Part shown: positions 4,737-6,806 of the stretch, piece after piece
How the letters are laid out: every line of letters starts with the position of its first letter
Position numbering within the stretch: the stretch's first letter is position 1
Notes under the pieces: model-generated
The model's input: only the letters and a program-made list of their open reading frames with translations
Database searches by the model: none
What the model was told of the DNA's origin: nothing
Made by a program: the position numbers and the translations under genes
Assembly (NCBI GenBank): GCA_018985225.1
Contig: JADGIF010000549.1
Span: 1-6,806, forward strand
Origin: Amoeboradix gromovi X-113
Lineage: Eukaryota > Fungi > Sanchytriomycota
DNA: 6,806 nt
Reading direction: 5' to 3'

Positions 4737-6806
4737 ATGGTTTTGAAAGTATCAGTGCTTCAAATTTTGGCAGTATTAGTCCACACCGTATCCGTAGACT
4801 GCCCAGACGTGATCAATCTCGCCGAAGGACTGAACATGGGTCTTGCTAATCCTGGCATGATGAGAACACTTCGGGTAGACTGCTGCACCAGCTATCAAAT
4901 AAACTGTTTCTCTGGGCGTGTGCATAATATTGATTGGTCCTATTCTAAACTCAGTGGTAGTTTTAACATGACAGCCCTTCCCGGAATGACGTCTTTTCTT
5001 CGTCTTAGTTATAACAAGATATCTGGGTATATCCAGGCAGATTTGCCCTCGACTTTAACCACGTTATATATCGACGGCAACATGATAACTGGTGTATTAC
5101 CTAATGTGTCTTCGTCCAATCTAGATTTCTTCCAAGCGTCAGGCAACAAATTTACCGGACCAATTCCTGTACTTCCAAACACGATGGTGTACTTCTATGT
5201 ATCTTACAACATGCTCTCAGGATGCATACCTGAACCATTACCGCCAAGTATAAGTGCGTTTGAAGCGAACAGCAACCATTTAAACTGCCCCATCCCAGCG
5301 ACACTACCAGCATCTTTATATACTTTGAAATTGGAATCAAACAGAATAAACGGTACAGTCCCTGTTACCCTTCCTGCGAATCTGTATACTCTGACTCTTG
5401 GGTGGAACGATATATCTGGTGTGATTCCTTATTTACCTAACCGTATGGACTCCGTTGGGTTGCAATCAACTGCTATAAATGGAACCCTTCATTTGAATTC
5501 TGCATACAATCTGTACATCAGTAACGCTCCAATACCATCTGTCGTGATTCATGATCCTTATTTCTTCTACTGCGATTTGAGAAACACAGATTTATCCAAC
5601 CCTGCTAATGATCCACAACTAGCTGGATGTGACAGGTCCGCCAAAGTACCAAGCACAATCTCGGACTGCGATCATGTAGTCAACCTCGCTTATGGACTAA
5701 ACCTGCATATCGCAATGCCTGGTTTTATGCAGGAGATTGAGTACAACTGCTGCTCAACAACTTACGGGTACATAACCTGCAATTCTACGAATGTGATAGA
5801 AATTGATTTCAAATATATGTACCTCGATGGCACAATAAATGGCACAGCAGTTCCAAGATCGCTCCAAAATTTATATTTGTCCTACAACTCTATTTCTGGA
5901 CCCATCCCTAACAACCTTCCTGATAGTTTAACCAGTTTAGACTTGGAATACAACAGACTGGCCGGACCCATTCCTTCAATACTTCCTCTCGGTCTAAGCG
6001 AAATGAGAATAGGGAACAACTACATAAGCGGATCAATTTCGCCAACGCTGCCAATCAATCTAAAGAAGTTTATTGCCGGTCGCAACCACTTGACAGGAAG
6101 CTTACCTAGTAGTCTTCCTTCAACATTGTAGGATTTTAAGGTGCACAGCAACTATCTGACTGGTCGGCTACCTGCTTTTCCAGATGGCTTGGAATTACTG
6201 TATCTATATGATAACAAATTTACAGGGCAGCTTTTAGTGAACAAGCCAATGGAAATGTATGTTCGCAATAACTACATCACCAACGTCACTATCAAAGACG
6301 TCGGTATAATAAGTGGATGCGACATCTCAAACAATCCACTGCTAGCACAAAAAAATGACGCGGATCTAACAAAGTGCAGTAAAAACAAGCTTTACATCGT
6401 CGATTGTGTAGACGTCGTGAGCCTTGCTACTGGCTTAAATCTTGATGTTGTGCAACCAGCTCTTATGATATCGATAGAAGCAGATTGCTGCTCAAGTGCA
6501 GGGGTGACGTGTGCTGCTGGACGAGTAGACAGGATAGAATGGCCAAACATGAACTTGGATGGCACTATTGACACCAGCCACATCCCATCCAACCTAACTG
6601 CCTTGGACCTGAGTCAGAACAGCATCACAGGTCCTGTTCCGACTGCACTGCCTGATGGCTTGCAATCGCTGCTACTGAACAAGAGCAAGCTCTCTGGATC
6701 GTTACCAAGCAGCATTCCACCAAGTCTTATCAGTCTAGATGTCAGCAACAACAATCTGTCAGGACCAGTACCAGATCTAAGCAGCATAGAGTACATCTAT
6801 CTGAAC
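4737..6806 (+). CDS. Secreted or cell-surface multi-module leucine-rich repeat protein with an in-frame TAG at 6129-6131; 3' end lies beyond the window (could be a pseudogene or nonsense allele)
   Basis: ATG 4737 starts a signal-peptide-like MVLKVSVLQILAVLVHTVS. Repeats follow LPxxLxxLxLxxNxLxGxIP, about 21-22 aa. After the TAG the frame reads DFKVHSNYLTGRLPAFPDGLELLYLYDNKFTG...GPVPDLSSIEYIYLN with no further stop for 225 codons. Confidence 0.9.
4797..6806 (+). repeat. Three protein-level tandem modules (Cys N-cap, LRRs, Cys C-cap) starting at 4797, 5664 and 6402
   Basis: N-caps DCPDVINLAEGLNM..DCC..INC, DCDHVVNLAYGLNL..NCC..ITC and DCVDVVSLATGLNL..DCC..VTC. C-caps CDLRNTDLSNPANDPQLAGC and CDISNNPLLAQKNDADLTKC. 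Confidence 0.9.

Noticed and set aside
6128-6148. 21-nt GT...AG mini-intron (GTAGGATTTTAAGGTGCACAG) that would remove the TAG in frame
   Set aside because: It would delete the core LxxLxL strand of a repeat that is in perfect register unspliced. The donor is weak and the length is very short.
5152-6796. Minus-strand ORFs 5152-5340, 6392-6592 and 6614-6796
   Set aside because: Antisense shadows of the LRR coding frame.

Overview
Compact, AT-rich, intron-poor eukaryotic genomic DNA, probably fungal or another opisthokont microbe. An early-diverging lineage is my guess and cannot be proven from this window. The + strand carries four genes: (1) an orphan single-TM protein with a mitochondrial-presequence-like N-terminus (ATG 391-1134), (2) a coiled-coil plus Q/N/S-rich low-complexity protein with a 27-bp tandem repeat (ATG 1386-2138), (3) an intronless RPA1/RFA1 replication protein A 70-kDa subunit (2639-4471), and (4) a secreted leucine-rich-repeat protein (ATG 4737 to beyond the window end) built from at least three tandem Cys-capped LRR modules. 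The ORF track stops the LRR gene at a TAG (6129-6131). However, the same frame stays open and in LRR register for another 225 codons to the window edge, so this is an internal amber codon (nonsense allele, readthrough/recoding or sequencing error). Also seen: an unannotated 54-aa minus-strand ORF divergent from RPA1, four collinear motifs shared between the ORF1 and RPA1 upstream regions, and AATAAA hexamers tightly coupled to stop codons.
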